A stretch of DNA of 64,000 nt from Mobula hypostoma. Its lineage: Eukaryota. Shown one piece after another: positions 1-13,493 of this stretch. Location: NCBI RefSeq assembly GCF_963921235.1, contig NC_086097.1:21888001-21952000 (forward strand). Reading direction: 5' to 3'. Position 1 is the stretch's first letter. Every line of letters begins with the position of its first letter. The notes beneath the pieces are model-generated. The model did not search any database and was not told the DNA's origin. It was given only the letters and a program-made list of their open reading frames with translations. Made by a program: the position numbers and the translations under genes.

Positions 1-260
1 ACACCCTTATATTGGTCCTCTCAAACTAAATGCTGACATTGGTTTTGCCTTCCTTACCACCACCTTAACCTGCAAGTTAACCCTTAGGAAACCCTCCATG
101 AGGACTTCCAAATCCCATTGTACCTCTGATTTCTAAATTTGCTCCCTGTTTAGAAAAGAGTCTGCACCTTTATTCCTTCTACCAAAATGCATCACCAACA
201 CTTCCTTATGTTGTATTCCATCTACCACTTCTGTGCCTTTTCTCCTGATCTAAGTACCCA
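1..260 (-). mobile_element. CR1 LINE fragment
   Basis: Similar to 3650-3843 and 43050-43230. Confidence 0.7.
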
Positions 261-683
261 GCAAGCCAGGTAGCTGCAGAAATTCAGAGAGAAGGTGACT
301 GACTCCCACTTTCTCAGATGATTGAGAACATAGGGAGATCTATCACTCACACATACAATCAAAAAAGAGCCAGAGCCCCTGCTGTTGAAGACTCGGTCCC
401 AAGTTAATTGGACTGGGGTGAGGATGACCTGATCTACAGGCATCCAAAGTTCAAAGTAAATGTATTATCAGATTACATATATATCACCATATACAACCAT
501 GGGATTCATTTTCTTTTGGGCATGTTCAAGAAATCTATAGAAAAATAATCATAAAAGAATCAATGAAAGACCGCCCAACTTGGGCATTCAGCCATAGTGC
601 AGAAGACAACAAACTGTGCAAATAGAAAAAGAAATAAATAATAATAATAAATAAATAAGCAGTAAACATTGAGAACATAAGAT

Positions 684-1364
684 TAGATTAGATTAGATTA
701 TGCGGACACTCAGCCCTGTTTTATTGTCATTTAGTAATGCATGCATTAAGAAATGATACAATTTGTTCCTCCAGAATGATATCACAGAAACACAAGACAA
801 ACCAAGACTAAAAAAACTGACAAAAACCACATAATTATAAGATATAGTTACAACAGTGCAAGCAATACCATAATTTGATAGAAGAACAGACGATGGGCAT
901 GGTAAAAAAAAATCTCAAAGTCTCTCGGAAGTCCCATCATCTCATGCAGACGGTTAAAGGAAGAAAACTCTTCCTGCCATGAGCTTCCAGTGCCGCAAAC
1001 TTGCCGATGCTGCATCCTGGAAGCACCCGACGACAGTCCGACTCCGAGTCGTCTGAGAACTTCGAGCCTCTGACCAGCTCTCCGACACCGAGCACCATCT
1101 CTGCCGAGTGCTTCGACCCCAGCCCTGGCAACAGGCAATAGGCAAAGCTGAGGATTTGGGGCCTTTCCCTCCGGAGATTCTCGATCTCACAGTAGCAGTG
1201 GCAGTGAAGCGGGCATTTCAGAAGTTTCTCCAGATGTTCCTCCATGCTTCTCACGGCTGTCTCCATCAAATCAGGATTGTTCACGGCATCCTACTTCACA
1301 AATATGATATCAATTTGGAGCGGCCGCGTGCGTTGCGTCGCGCCGCCATCTTCTCCTCCCTCCC
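684..1364 (-). mobile_element. Non-autonomous LINE-derived retroposon with AAGATGGCGG head and (tctaa)n tail
   Basis: Related to 51604-52228; CpG-rich; possible aagat TSD (679-683, 1369-1373); splits a Rex1-like 3' UTR. Confidence 0.75.
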
Positions 1365-3151
1365 TTTCAAGATACAGAGTTCTTGAAATTGAGTCCATTG
1401 GGAACGTTTCAATATTGGGCAAGTGAAGTTGAGTGAAGTTATCCCCCTTGGTTCAGGAGCCTGATGGAAAGGGAGGGACAATGTCGAACCCAGCAGACCT
1501 CACTCCCCAATGTTTGCCAAAGGGTTAACTTCTTTTATTTTAACAAACATCATCTTCGCGAGCCCCCAGCAATCTGCTCCAGAGATGCGTTGAAAGAATT
1601 AAAAATACATTATCCTTTTGTGTGATTGCTTCTTCATTTTAATATTAATTCAAATTCAATAATTTATGTGCCAGTGGCTCTGCTAAAATATCCCTTTTTA
1701 CAAAGATTGATGTTTCAATTTGCTCTGTGTGATACTGGTCTAACATCAACAAGTAGGAATGTCTGTGTGCTGAGCATGCAGTAATGTTTGGCATGATCAT
1801 GTGAAATGGAGCAGGGAATTTTTGGGTTGAATTGACACTTCTAGAATAAGATTTTCAGAGTCTCTGAAACACCGTGGCCTCTGAGCATTGTGTAGAGGAA
1901 TCATATTCAAATCAGGTTCAGATTTATCTATCACGTGTACACTGGAACATACAGTGAAACGTATTGTTTGCATTAACAACCAACACACCCAAGGATGCAC
2001 TGGGGGCAGCCCGCAAGTATTGACACAGATTCTGGTGCCAGCCTGGAAATGCCCACAGTGTTCAGCAGAACAACACAGAACAGAAGACACAAAACAACAA
2101 AATGGCCACATTCCTCCCTGTTCCTTTCTGCAGTTCATGTTCTGTGTATTATTTGATTACATTTATATTATTTGCTTGATTTGCTCTTTTTTTTGCACAT
2201 TGGATGTTTGCCATTCTTTGCTGTGTATGATTATTTTTGTAGTTTCTATTGTGTTTCTTTGGTGTGTATCTGCAAGAAGATGAATCACAAGGTTGTATAT
2301 GATATGCTGTACGTACATTGATAATAAATGTACTTTGTACTTTGAACTTTATAACCCACCCACCACATACACACAGTCCCCCAACCACAGGACAGGCTGC
2401 ATCAGGGCATATCAAGGATCTACTGCTATGAAATTCCGTTGCACACGTGTCACGCGATGATATGCAAAGGGATTATTCTTGGGACACTGACCCGCTCAAT
2501 GAGTAGCACGGTGATGCAGCTAACAGAACTAAGGTCTCAGAGCGCCAGGGGCGTGGGTTCAATCCTGACCCTTGGCACTATGTGGAGATTATATGTGGAT
2601 TCAAAAGAAAAGGCTACTTATTGGACTCAGTACATATGGTAATTATTTCATTGATCGGGTAGAACCTTAGTTCACTCGACAGTAGCCCAGACTGGCAGTA
2701 GTACATTTAAACATGGACTCTGAGAGCGTGGGCAGTTGTCTGCATAGTCGGATTACCCCTTTGTTGCTCCTCCACCAAGACTGGTCCTCAGCAGCTACCC
2801 CCCAAACTGTGACCTGGGATGAAAAGTTAATGGATAATGGATAATTCCTTGCTGGCTTCTGACACAGGGAACAGTGCAGGGAGCCAAGCTGTCACACTGA
2901 GAATCCAGTCTGGCACCATATCAGATTGATAATGCAGTTTCAGACAACCCCAACTTACACTTACGTGGTGACTATAATGTAAATAGTTTCAAGTAGTTTT
3001 GCAGGAGTCATAGAGCAGTACAGTACAGAAACAGCTCCTTCAGTCCATCTAGTCCATGCTGAACTGTTATTCTGCCTGGCCCCATTGACCTGAACCCAGA
3101 CCATAGCCCTCCATATCTCTTACATCCATGTACCAATCCAAAGTTCTCTTA

Positions 3152-3843
3152 AAGACCATAAAACATAGGAATAGAATTAAGCCATTCAGCCCTTTGTGTC
3201 TGCTCCACCATTTGATCATGGCTGAATTATTATCACTCTCATCCCCATTCTCCTGCCTTCTTCCTGTAACCATTGTCTGTGGCAATAAATCCACCGATTC
3301 ACCACCCTCCGGCTAAAGAAATTCCTCCTCATATCTGTTCTAAAGGAACATCCTTCTAATCCGATGCTGTGCCCTCTAGTCCTAGTCTCCCAATATTGAA
3401 AGCATCCTCTGCATGTCCACTCTTGCTAGGACTTTAATCTTCAGCAGGTTTCACTGAGGCTTCCTCTGTTCTTCCAAACTCCAGGGAGTACAGGCCCAGA
3501 GCCATCAAATGCTCCTCATACATTAACTGTTTCATTCCTAGGATCGATTTTGTAAACCTCTGGAACCCCTCCGTTGCCAGCACACCCTTTCTTAGATAAG
3601 GGGCACAAAACTTGTGACAATACTCCAAATGTGGTCAGACTGATACCTTATGAAGACTCAACAATATATCCTTGCTTTTATATTCTTGTCCTCTCAAAAT
3701 TCATGCTAACAATGCATTTGCCTTTCTTTTATTGACTCAACCTAACTTATAGGCAATCCTGCAAGTCCCTTTGCACTTCCATTCTCTGAATTCGCTCCCT
3801 GTTTGGAAAATAGTGTATGCCGTTATTCCTTTTACCAAAGTGC
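3152..3843 (-). mobile_element. CR1 LINE 3' fragment (decayed)
   Basis: ALGLYSLEF motif; similar to other copies in the window. Confidence 0.8.
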
Positions 3844-3844
3844 A

Positions 3845-4107
3845 CGGTGTGGTAGCGTGGTGGTTAGCACAACGCTTTACAGTACTGGTGACTTGGGTTC
3901 AATTCCCACCACTGCCTGTAAGGAGTTCATACATTCTCCCCATGACTGTGTGGGTTTCCTCCAGGTGCTGCACTTTGCTCCCACAGTTCAAAGATGTCCT
4001 GGTTGGTAGGTTAACTGGTCATTGTAAATTGTCCTGTGATTAGGCTAGGGTTAAATTAGAGGATTGCTGTGTGGTGTAGCTTGAAGGGCCAGAAGGACCT
4101 ATTCCAC
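3845..4107 (+). mobile_element. V-SINE (HE1-like), CR1-type tail
   Basis: A box tagcgtggtgg, B box ggttcaattcc, V core gggtttcctccaggtgct..ctcccacag, tail gaagggccagaagg. Confidence 0.8.
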
Positions 4108-4575
4108 GTTAGGTTCACAAGGATGATTCCATGAATGAAAGGGTTATCATACAAGGAACGTTTGATGGCTCTTGGTCTGTATTTGCTGGAATTCAGAAGG
4201 ACGGGGGGGTTGCTCATTGAAACCTTTTGAATGTTGAAAGGCCTAGACAGAGTAGATGTGGAAAGGATGTTACCCATGGTGGGAGAGTCTAGGACAAGAG
4301 GGCACAGCCTCAGGATAGAGGGGCGCCCTTTCAAAACAGAGCATGGTGAATTTGTGGAATTTGTTGCCACATGCAGCTGTGGAGGCCAGGTTGTCAGGTG
4401 TACTTAAGACAGAGATTGACAGGTTCTTGATTGGACATGGCATCAAAGGTTACGGGGAGAAGGCTAGGAACTGTGGTTGAGGAGGAGATTAAAAAAAAGT
4501 ATCAGCCATGATTGAATGGTGGAGCAGACTCGATGGGCCAGATGGCCTAATTCTGCTCCTATGTCTTATGGTATT
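4108..4575 (+). mobile_element. CR1 LINE 3' fragment
   Basis: Same 3' end (gatggcctaattctgctcctatgtcttatgg) as other copies. Confidence 0.8.
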
Positions 4576-5419
4576 GCAATAAATAAATAAATAATAATTC
4601 TGCATTTTCCAACACTGTATTCCAATTGCTTCTTCTTTGCCTATTTTTCTAATCTGGCCACTCTTCTGCAAACTCCCTGCTTTCTCATCACTACCTGTCC
4701 TTCCACCTATTAAACATTACAATTGAACCTGCATCTACCACTTATCAAAGAGAGATTGGCACTGAACCTTATAAGGATTTATGAGGGCACATTAGCAGAA
4801 GCTTGCTCAAAGTGATTGGCTCGAAGGAATGTATTAAAAGGTGGAGAAGTTTGGGGAAGGAATTCAAAGACTTAGGGCCTTGGGTGCTTGAAGACATGGC
4901 CATCATTACTAGAGTGATTCGGTTTAGAGTGGATTGAGAAGCCAGAATTAGAAGCATTATAAAACAACTGGAGGAATTTACAGAGCAAAGGAGTGGGAGA
5001 TAAGGCCACAGGGAATGATTTGTAAATGATTGAGAATATTAAAAGTGAGGGAGACAGAGATAATGGTGAACTGGGAAAACGGAGAAAGGTGGTAACCAAT
5101 GAACTGCTCTCCCACTGCAGTAGCTGAGAACGGGAGCAAAGTGGAGTATAACTGTGCTGAAAAGCATAGTTTGGGAAGCACTGGATCCAGAGTTGATTAA
5201 ATCAAATTGTAAACCCAGAGAGTGACAAATAGCTAAAAACAGAAAATGCTGGAATTACTCAGCAGACCAGGCAGCCACTGAGGTAGGAGAAACAGAGTTA
5301 ACTTCTTATGTCTGAGACCCTTTTCCAGAATTCAGTAGTAAGGCATATTAATGATCAACAGTAGGCATCAAACAAGCGAGAAAGCAAAATGGGATCAAAG
5401 TCAGTTCTGACTTTCCTTC

Positions 5420-5897
5420 CAGAAGTGAAAGGGTTAACATACAAGGAGTGTTCGATGACCTTGGGTCTGTACTTGCTAAAGTTTAGAAGAATGAGATGAG
5501 GAATCTCATTGAGCCTTATCAATTGAAGGGCCTAGATAGAGTGGATGTGCAGAGGATGGTTCCTGTAGTGGGGGAGTCTAAGACGAGAGGATGTCCATTT
5601 AGGACAGAGACGAGGAGGAATTATCTGTGGCAATCGTGCTCTGAGAATCGTGTGAGGATGTGCCAGAGGGTGATGAATCTGTGTAATTCATTGTCTCAAA
5701 TGGCCGTGGAGGCCAAGTCATTGCGTACTGTATATTTAAAGCAGATGTTGATATGTTCTTTATTAGTGAGGGCATCAAAGGTTATAGGGAGAAGGCAAGA
5801 GACTGGGGTTGAGAGGAATAATAAATCAACCATGATGAATGGCAGAGCAGACATGATGGGCTGAATGGCCTAATGCTGGTTCTGTGTCTTATGGACT
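5420..5897 (+). mobile_element. CR1 LINE 3' fragment
   Basis: KGLDRVDVQRM; shared 3' end. Confidence 0.8.
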
Positions 5898-6921
5898 TGG
5901 ATCTAAAAGATTAACTCTTTCCACAGATGCTGCCTGGCTTGCTGAGTATTTCCAGCATTTAATTTATATTTCAGATGTCCAGCAGCTGCAAATATTTTCA
6001 ATATGATATCTACTCTTGCAAGGAATACTGAACTGTTGTATAATTCCTAAGGATTAAAGGTGCAAAACGGGTAACAGCTCCATCCTGATGAAGGCTCTTT
6101 CTTGGCACGGAGCTGAAAATGAGTAAAGGGCTTCACTATAGGAAGGACTGCAACACCCCATTGGATAACAGGCTGTCACTCATTCTGATGGATTAGTCAT
6201 GCACCTCCCTGCTCCTGATGAATACTGATAAGAGAAACTGACAGTTTTAATTACTGCCTTCCCCCGTTCCTGATCCTGCAGTTTGCCTGCTGTGTGCTAG
6301 GCTGCTGCACGTGTGTAAGAAAACTTCCCTGGTGTGTGATTGTTGACACGTCCTCACGCGAGTCTCAGAGCACAATTGCGACAGATAATTAAGATAAGAT
6401 TAGCATTACTCATCACATGTACATCGAAACGGGCAGTGAAATGTCTCTGCCCAAAATGTCGACTTTATTCCTCTCCATAGATGCTGTCTGACCTGCTGAG
6501 TGCCTCCAACATTTTGCATGTGTTAATCTGGATTCCCAGCATTTGCAGAATCTCCTGTGTTCATATGGTGAAATGCATTGTTTTCTGTGAGGATTGCGCT
6601 GGGGTAGCCTGCAGGTGTTGCCACACTACCAGCACGAGCAAAGCGTAACTTTACTTGGTATTGCTGGATGTGTTTTGTTAATTCTTCTCCTAGTCTGCTC
6701 TTCTACTCTTCAGGCATTGATTCATTGAGTGGAGTTTTTGCTCTATGCCAGTGGAATAGCACAGAGTGCCGTTGTCAGTCTTAATTTGACCATTTCTACC
6801 TTTGAGCATGTGATGTAGAAAATTGTTAAAATGTAAAACCTGCACTGAAGCTCAACATTCACTTCCAAGGACAGGTCTGGCAAGCTGATGTTATTGGTTT
6901 ATTATGATCATATATAGTGAG

Positions 6922-9293
6922 ATAGAACAGAGGATAGTACAGCACAGTACAGGCCCTTCAGCCCACAATGTTGTGCCGACCCTTAAACCCTGCCTCCCAT
7001 ATAACCTCCCACCTTAAATTCCTCCATATACCTGTCTAGTAGTCTCTTAAATTTCACTAGTGTATCTGCCTCCACCACTGACTCAGGCAGTGCATTCCAC
7101 GCACCAACCACTCTCTGAGTAAAAACCTTCCTCTAATATCCCCCTTGAACTTCCCACCCCTTACCTTAAAGCCATGTCCTCCTGTATTGAGCAGTGGTGC
7201 CCTGGGGAAGAGGCGCTGGCTGTCCACTCTATCTATTCCTCTTATTATCTTGTATAGCTCTATCATGTCTCCTCTCATCCTCCTTCTCTCCAAAGAGTAA
7301 AGCCCTAGCTCCCTTAATCTCTGATCATAATGCATACTCTCTAAACCAGGCAGCATCCTGGTAAATCTCCTCTGTACCCTTTCCAATGCTTCCACATCCT
7401 TCCTATAGTGAGGCGACCAGAACTGGACATAGTACTCCAAGTGTGGCCTAACCAGAGTTTTATAGAACTGCATCATTACCTCACGACTCTTAAACTCTTA
7501 CCCTCGACTTATGAAAGCTAATACCCCATAAACTTTCTTAACTACCCTATCTACCTGTGAGGCAACTTTCAGGGATCTGTGGACATGTATCCCCAGATCC
7601 TTCTGCTCCTCCACACTACCAAGTATCCTGCCATTTACTTTGTACTCTGCCTTGGAGTCTGTCCTTCCAAAGTGTACCACCTCACACTTCTCTGGGTTGA
7701 ACTCCATCTGTCACTTCTCAGCCCACTTCTGTATCCTATCAATGTCTCTCTACAATCTTTGACAATCCTCTACACTATCTACAACACCACCAACCTTTGT
7801 GTCGTCTGCAAACTTGCCAACCCACCCTTCTACCCCCACATCCAGGTCGTTAATAAAAATCACAAAAAGTAGAGGTCCCAGAACCGATCCTTGTGGGACA
7901 CCACTAGTCACAATCCTCCAATCCAAATGTACTCCCTCCACCACCACCCTCTGCCTTCTGCAGGCAAGCCAATTCTGAATCCACCTGGCCAAACTTGCCT
8001 GGATCCCATGCCTTCTAACTTTCTGAATAAGCCTACCATGTGGAACCTTGTCAAATGCCTTACTAAAATCCATGTAGATCACATCCACTGCACTACCCTC
8101 ATCTATGTGCCTGGTTACCTCCTCAAAGAACTCTATCAGTCTTGTTAAACATGATCTGCCCTTCACAAAGCCATGCTGACTGTCCCTGATCAGACCATGA
8201 TTCTCTAAATGCCCATAGATCCTACCTGTAAGAATCTTTTCCAACAGCTTTCCCACCACAGACATAAGGCTCACTGGTCTATAATTGCCCGGAGTATCCC
8301 TAAAACCTTTTTGAACAAGGGAAAAACATTCGCCTCCCTCCAATCCTCCGGTACCATTCTCGTGGACAACGAGGACATAAAGATCCTAGCCAGAGGTTCA
8401 GCTATCTCTTCCCTCACCTCGTGGAGCAGCCTGAGGAATATTCCGTCAGACCTCGGGGACTTATCCATCCTAATACATTTTAACAATTCCTACACGTCCT
8501 CTCCCTTAATATCAACATGCTCCAGAACATCAAGCTCGCTCATATTGTCCTCACCGTCATCAAGTTCCCTCTCATTAGTGAATACCGAAGAGAAGTATTC
8601 ATTGAGGACCTCCCTCACTTCCACAGCCTCCAGGCACATCTTCCCACCTTTATCTCTAATCAGTCCTACCTTCACTCCTGTCACCCTTTTTTTCTTCACA
8701 TAATTGAAGAATGCCTTAGGGTTTTCCTTTACCCTTCTCGCCAAGGCCTTCTCATGCCCCCTTCTTGCTCTTCTCAGCCCGTTTTTAAGCTCCTTTCTTG
8801 CTACCCTATATTCCTCAATAGACCCATCTGATCCTTGCTTCCTAAACCTCTTGTATGCTGCCTTCTTCCACCTGACTAGATTTTCCACCTCACTTGTCAC
8901 CCATGGTTCCTTCACCCTACCATTCTTTATCTTCCTCACCGGGACAAATTTATCCCTAACATCCTGCAAGAGATTCCTAAACATTGACCACATGTCGATA
9001 GTACATTTCCCTGCAAAAACATCATTCCAATTCACACCCGCAAGTTCTAGCCTTATAGCCTCATAATTTGCCCGTCCCCAATTAAAATTTTTCCTGTCCT
9101 CTCTGATTCTATCCTTTTCCTTGATAATGCTAAAGGCCAGGGAGCGGTGGTCACTGTCCCCCAGATGCTCAGCCACTGAGAGATCTGTGACCTGACCCAG
9201 TTCGTTACCTAATACTAAATCTAGTGTGGCATTCCCCCTAGTCGGCCTGTCAACATACTGTGACAGGAATCCGTCCTGGACACACTTAACAAA
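6922..9293 (-). mobile_element. CR1 (HER1-like) LINE, 5'-truncated, frameshifted ORF2
   Basis: HLGDSDH (APE C-terminus), [43 protein letters not shown] split over several frames. Confidence 0.93.
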
Positions 9294-10781
9294 CCATTGG
9301 AACTAATTGGAACTAACCCTGAGCCAATAGGCTGGTCCTGGACTTATTTCCTGGCATAATTTACATATTACTATTTAACTATTTATGGTTTTATTACTAT
9401 TTAACTATTTTTGGTGCAACTGTAACGAAAACCAATTTCCCCGGGGATCAATAAAGTATGACTATGACTATGACTATTAGAGCATAGAACATTTATTTCC
9501 CTCCATTTTCTTTTCATCTATGTGTCTGTCAAAAGTCTCTTAAATGGCCCTATTATATCTAACTCTGCTACCACTTCCGACAGTGCGTTCCATGCACCCA
9601 CCATTTTCTGTGTAGAAACCTACCTCTACTATCTCCCCTATACTTTTCTCCAATCCCTTAAAGTTGTGTTTCTTGTATTAGCCGTTTTTGCCCCGGAAAA
9701 GGTGCTGGCTGTCCGCTCTATCACAAAAATAGGCCCTTCTTGTCCAGTAAGCACCAGTGCCCAAACACGTACACAATATGACTAATTAACCCTCCAACCC
9801 GTGCATCTTCGGAAAATGTGAGAAAACTGGAAGCACCCGGAGCACGCAGTCAAGATGGAAAACGTACAAACTCCTGACAGACAATGGTGGGAATTGAACC
9901 TAGGTCACTGGCACTGTAATAGCATTGCACTAACTGCCATTTTTATAAAGCTTAATTGGACCTGAGATGTGGATAATCTTAATCATCACTTTCAATTGGA
10001 AGAGCAAGGTTGCTCATGGTTCTTTTACTAATTAAAGTTTAGTGAGATTTTTGGAACATTTTCATGAGAAGGTGCAAACCTTTTCCAATTGCGAGGCCTC
10101 ATGAGGAGTTTACGTCTTCTGATTAGAGACCAGGATTCCATCAGTGACTTGAACCGTGACAGAAGGCGTGTGGAGGACACAGAGGGCAAGATCCCATTAC
10201 CTCTCCTTTGATATTACTCCAGGATGGAATCCGAGCCAATGGACTGGATCACCAGGACTGTTCCTCCCCCAGAAGCTGCACTCTGTGGGGGCAGTGATTA
10301 ATCTGCTTCACACAGGGAAGTTAACATCATTAGTCAAGCCTGAAAGCCACTATTTAGAGTTGTCATTTTGTGACTTTCATTTGTTGGGTAATAATGAAAG
10401 AATAATAATAAAGTTAGCTCTGAGCCAGGAATGAATTGTTCTCCTATTGTTAGTCCACATTCCAGCCAGATTTAACTACCAGTGGCAGATGATCCTATTT
10501 TCTAGTTTTTGTCCTCCCTTTCTGTATTATTACTTCCCACCAAGGCTCAGCTCCTTCCCCATCACTATTTAACTTCAAGATCAAGATTCTTGGTATTAAA
10601 CAATACACATGTATACTGCCAGATGAAACAATGTACCTCTGGACCAAGGTGAACAAGATCGTACATATAACTCACACACATAATACAAAAAGTAATATTA
10701 TCACAAATAAATTAATAAGTAATAAGGTGCAGTTACAATACAAGCTAAAAAATGGACAGCATAATACTAATGGTGTTTAAT

Positions 10782-11294
10782 AGGATTACATCTGCAGCTT
10801 GCTACCACCTTGCAGCTTGGACCCCCTACAATTCCCTTACTCACATAACCAATCGACAGATGATGCAATAGCCACCACTCTACATACCGTCTTTACACAT
10901 CTGGAGAAGAATGGTCATGTGAAAATGCTGTTCTTGGACTACAGTTCAGCATTCAACACCATAATTCCATCCAGGCTCGACAGGAAGCTCAGAGACCTCG
11001 GCCTTGACCCTCCCTTGTGCAGCTGGATCCTGGACTTCCTGTCAGATCACCGGCAGTTGATAAGAGTGGGCTCCTTCAGCTCCACCCCGCTGACTCTCAG
11101 CACAGGAGCCCCTCAGGGTCCCCTCCTTTACTCCCTATATACCCATGACTGTGTCGCCACCCACAGCTCCAATCTGCTAATTAAATTTGCCAACGACACT
11201 ACATTGATTGGCCTTATCTAAAACAATAACGAGGTGGCCTGCAGGGAAGAAATTGTCCCTCTGACACAATGGTGTCAAGAAAGCAACCTCTCCC
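10782..11294 (+). mobile_element. Rex1/Babar-like LINE RT fragment
   Basis: [42 protein letters not shown]. Confidence 0.85.
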
Positions 11295-12115
11295 TGTCAT
11301 AAGGGGGGCGCTGGGAGCGGACCCAAATGCAAGACACAGACAATGAAGTAGTAGGAACAGGACTAGGTGTGTAAAGAAAGCAAGGGAAGTGGGGAAAAAA
11401 TGACGCTGGAAAAGACACAGGCCCTGGATGAGGCTAGGATACAGGGCCTGGGCTAGGACTAGACTAGGAAAGCAGGACCTGGATGAGGAACAAGGAACTT
11501 GGAACCTGGACAAGGACTCCGAGCCAGAGACTGGACAGGGAACCGGAACCTGGGTCTTGACTCGGGCTCGGACTCCAGATCTAGGCGAGGACAAGATGTG
11601 GCAAGGCAACAGAACTGGACATGGCGGCAGGACGCAGGACTCCTAGGCAGGACGCGGGACCAGAACTGGATGAGGACACGAAGCTAAGACTTGGACTTGT
11701 GAGACTGGAACACAGAGCCTTGGTAACCTTGGGAGACAGGAACGTGGAACACAGAGCTGGGACCCTCCTTGGGAACAGGCTGTAGGGCCGGGACTCATAC
11801 ACAGAATGCTGAACACGACGAGATGGTTCCCAACACAAGGTAGCGGCAAACAGCCGGACCTACCTATCAAAGGCGTGGACACAGAGATGGTTCCCAACAC
11901 TAGGTAGCGGCAAACAGCCGGACCTACCTAGCAAAGGCGTGGACACAGAGACGGTTCGAAACAACGAAAGACAGTTCCTTATCTAGACACAGCAAGGCTC
12001 CCCCTCTGGTCTTGCTCTAGCGGTAGAACTTGATGGCGAGAACGCAGGCAAGGCTTCAGGCGAAAGGTAGCAGGCGAGGCTACAGCCAAGGGCTACAGAG
12101 GGAAGGGAAGGGAAT
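11295..12115 (-). mobile_element. Probable truncated LTR of a second family
   Basis: Starts abruptly with TGTCA inside a LINE RT; purine-rich, CpG-containing, internally repetitive; no matching CA end or TSD found. Confidence 0.55.
11821..11957. repeat. Tandem repeat, 64-bp unit x ~2.1
   Basis: agatggttcccaacac(a/t)aggtagcggcaaacagccggacctaccta(t/g)caaaggcgtggacacag starts at 11821 and 11885, partial copy at 11949. Confidence 0.9.
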
Positions 12116-12690
12116 CGATAGAATAGTAACTGTAACAAGGTCAATGAAAGATCAACCAGAAGACAACAAACTGTGCAAATGCAAATATAAATAAATAGCA
12201 ATAAATAACGAGAACATGAGATAAAGTGAGACCACTGGTAGTGGGAACATCTCAATGGATGGGCAAGTGAGTGTAGTTATCCCCTTTTGTTTACGAGCCT
12301 AATGGTTGAGGGGTAGTAACTGTTCTTGAACCTGGTGGTGTGAGTCCTGAGGCTGTTGTGCCTTCTACCTGATGGTAGAAACGAAAAGAGAGCATGGCCT
12401 GGGTGGTGAGGATCTCTGATGATGGATGCTGCTCTGCAACAGCATTTCATGTAGATGTGCTCAGGAGATGGAAGGGCTTTATCTGTGATGTGCTGGGCCA
12501 AATCCACTACCTTTTGTAGGATTTTCTGTTCAAAAACATTGGTGTTTCCTTACCAGGCCGTGACGCAGCCAGTCAATATTCTCCGCTACACATCTATAGA
12601 AGTCTGTCAATGTTGTAGATGTCTTGCTGAATCTCTGCAGACTCCAAAGTTGAGGCACTCTATGCTTTCTTCACAATTGCCCTTACATGC
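12116..12690 (-). mobile_element. Rex1/Babar-like LINE 3' fragment
   Basis: RAASIIRDPHHPGHALFSFLPSGRR; reverse complement resembles 44100-44620. Confidence 0.8.
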
Positions 12691-12888
12691 TGTGCCCCTG
12701 ATGTCAACATTGATCTCAATCCTGACATTGCCTTTCTTAGGTCTTAACATAGAATGAACCTAAAACCTGGGCTGCCTGTGAACACGTGGTTTTCCTCCGG
12801 CTGCCAGTTAGTCAGTTAATTGGCCACATGGGTGTAATTGTTTGGCTCGAGCTCGTTGGGCCAGAAGGGCCTGCTACCATGCTATATC

Positions 12889-13493
12889 CGGACATCCCAC
12901 CTCTCCCGGAAGTTCCGGTAGTTTCCTGCATATTGTTAGCAACTCCCTGATGCCCAGAAATTACATACAATATCCCAGAAATCGATCTTTTTGAGAGGGA
13001 GAGCAAGAGCGAGTATCCTGATTGGTCTCTCTTCGTGCTAAGGAGACCTATCAGTTTTCTCTATGGGCGGGCTTTACAGTCAACCTCAAAAATAATGACA
13101 GTGTTGCTCGCTGTGCTGTTTGCGACAGTGATTTTCCTATTGCCCATGGTGGGTTAAAATGTAAAAGACATGTTGAGGTGAACTTAACAGGTGTCATTCA
13201 TTCATTAGCTTAGCTAATGCTATTTAAACACACTGGCTAGCTGCTAAAGGAGCTACTCTATTGATGTCCTACAATGAGGTCAAACTCCCGGTAGACTTGC
13301 TTAAAGTTGTAATAGAATAAACATGATAATATAATATAAGTACATATTTTAATGTCACATTTTCTGCATATACTCAACTTGGTTTACAGATTAGACAAAA
13401 TCACAAAACAAAGTATTACATACACCCTTGGAGGTTGACTGGGGGTGGGGTTGCTACCTCCCTGAAATGAGTTTTTGCAGGGTGGGATGTCTG
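12889..13493 (+). mobile_element. hAT non-autonomous element with BED-like zinc-finger remnant
   Basis: TIRs c(g)gacatcccacc / ggtgggatgtctg; degenerate 8-bp TSD gctatatc / tctatctc; ARCAVCDSDFPIAHGGLKCKRHVE. Confidence 0.78.

Noticed and set aside
3845..3920. tRNA genes at SINE heads
   Set aside because: A/B boxes run into the SINE core; no complete cloverleaf
6282..6314. 33-nt micro-exon candidate (ctgcag|...|gtaaga)
   Set aside because: Too short to support without transcript data
11821..11957. CRISPR-like repeat array
   Set aside because: Contiguous tandem units with no spacers, in a eukaryotic context
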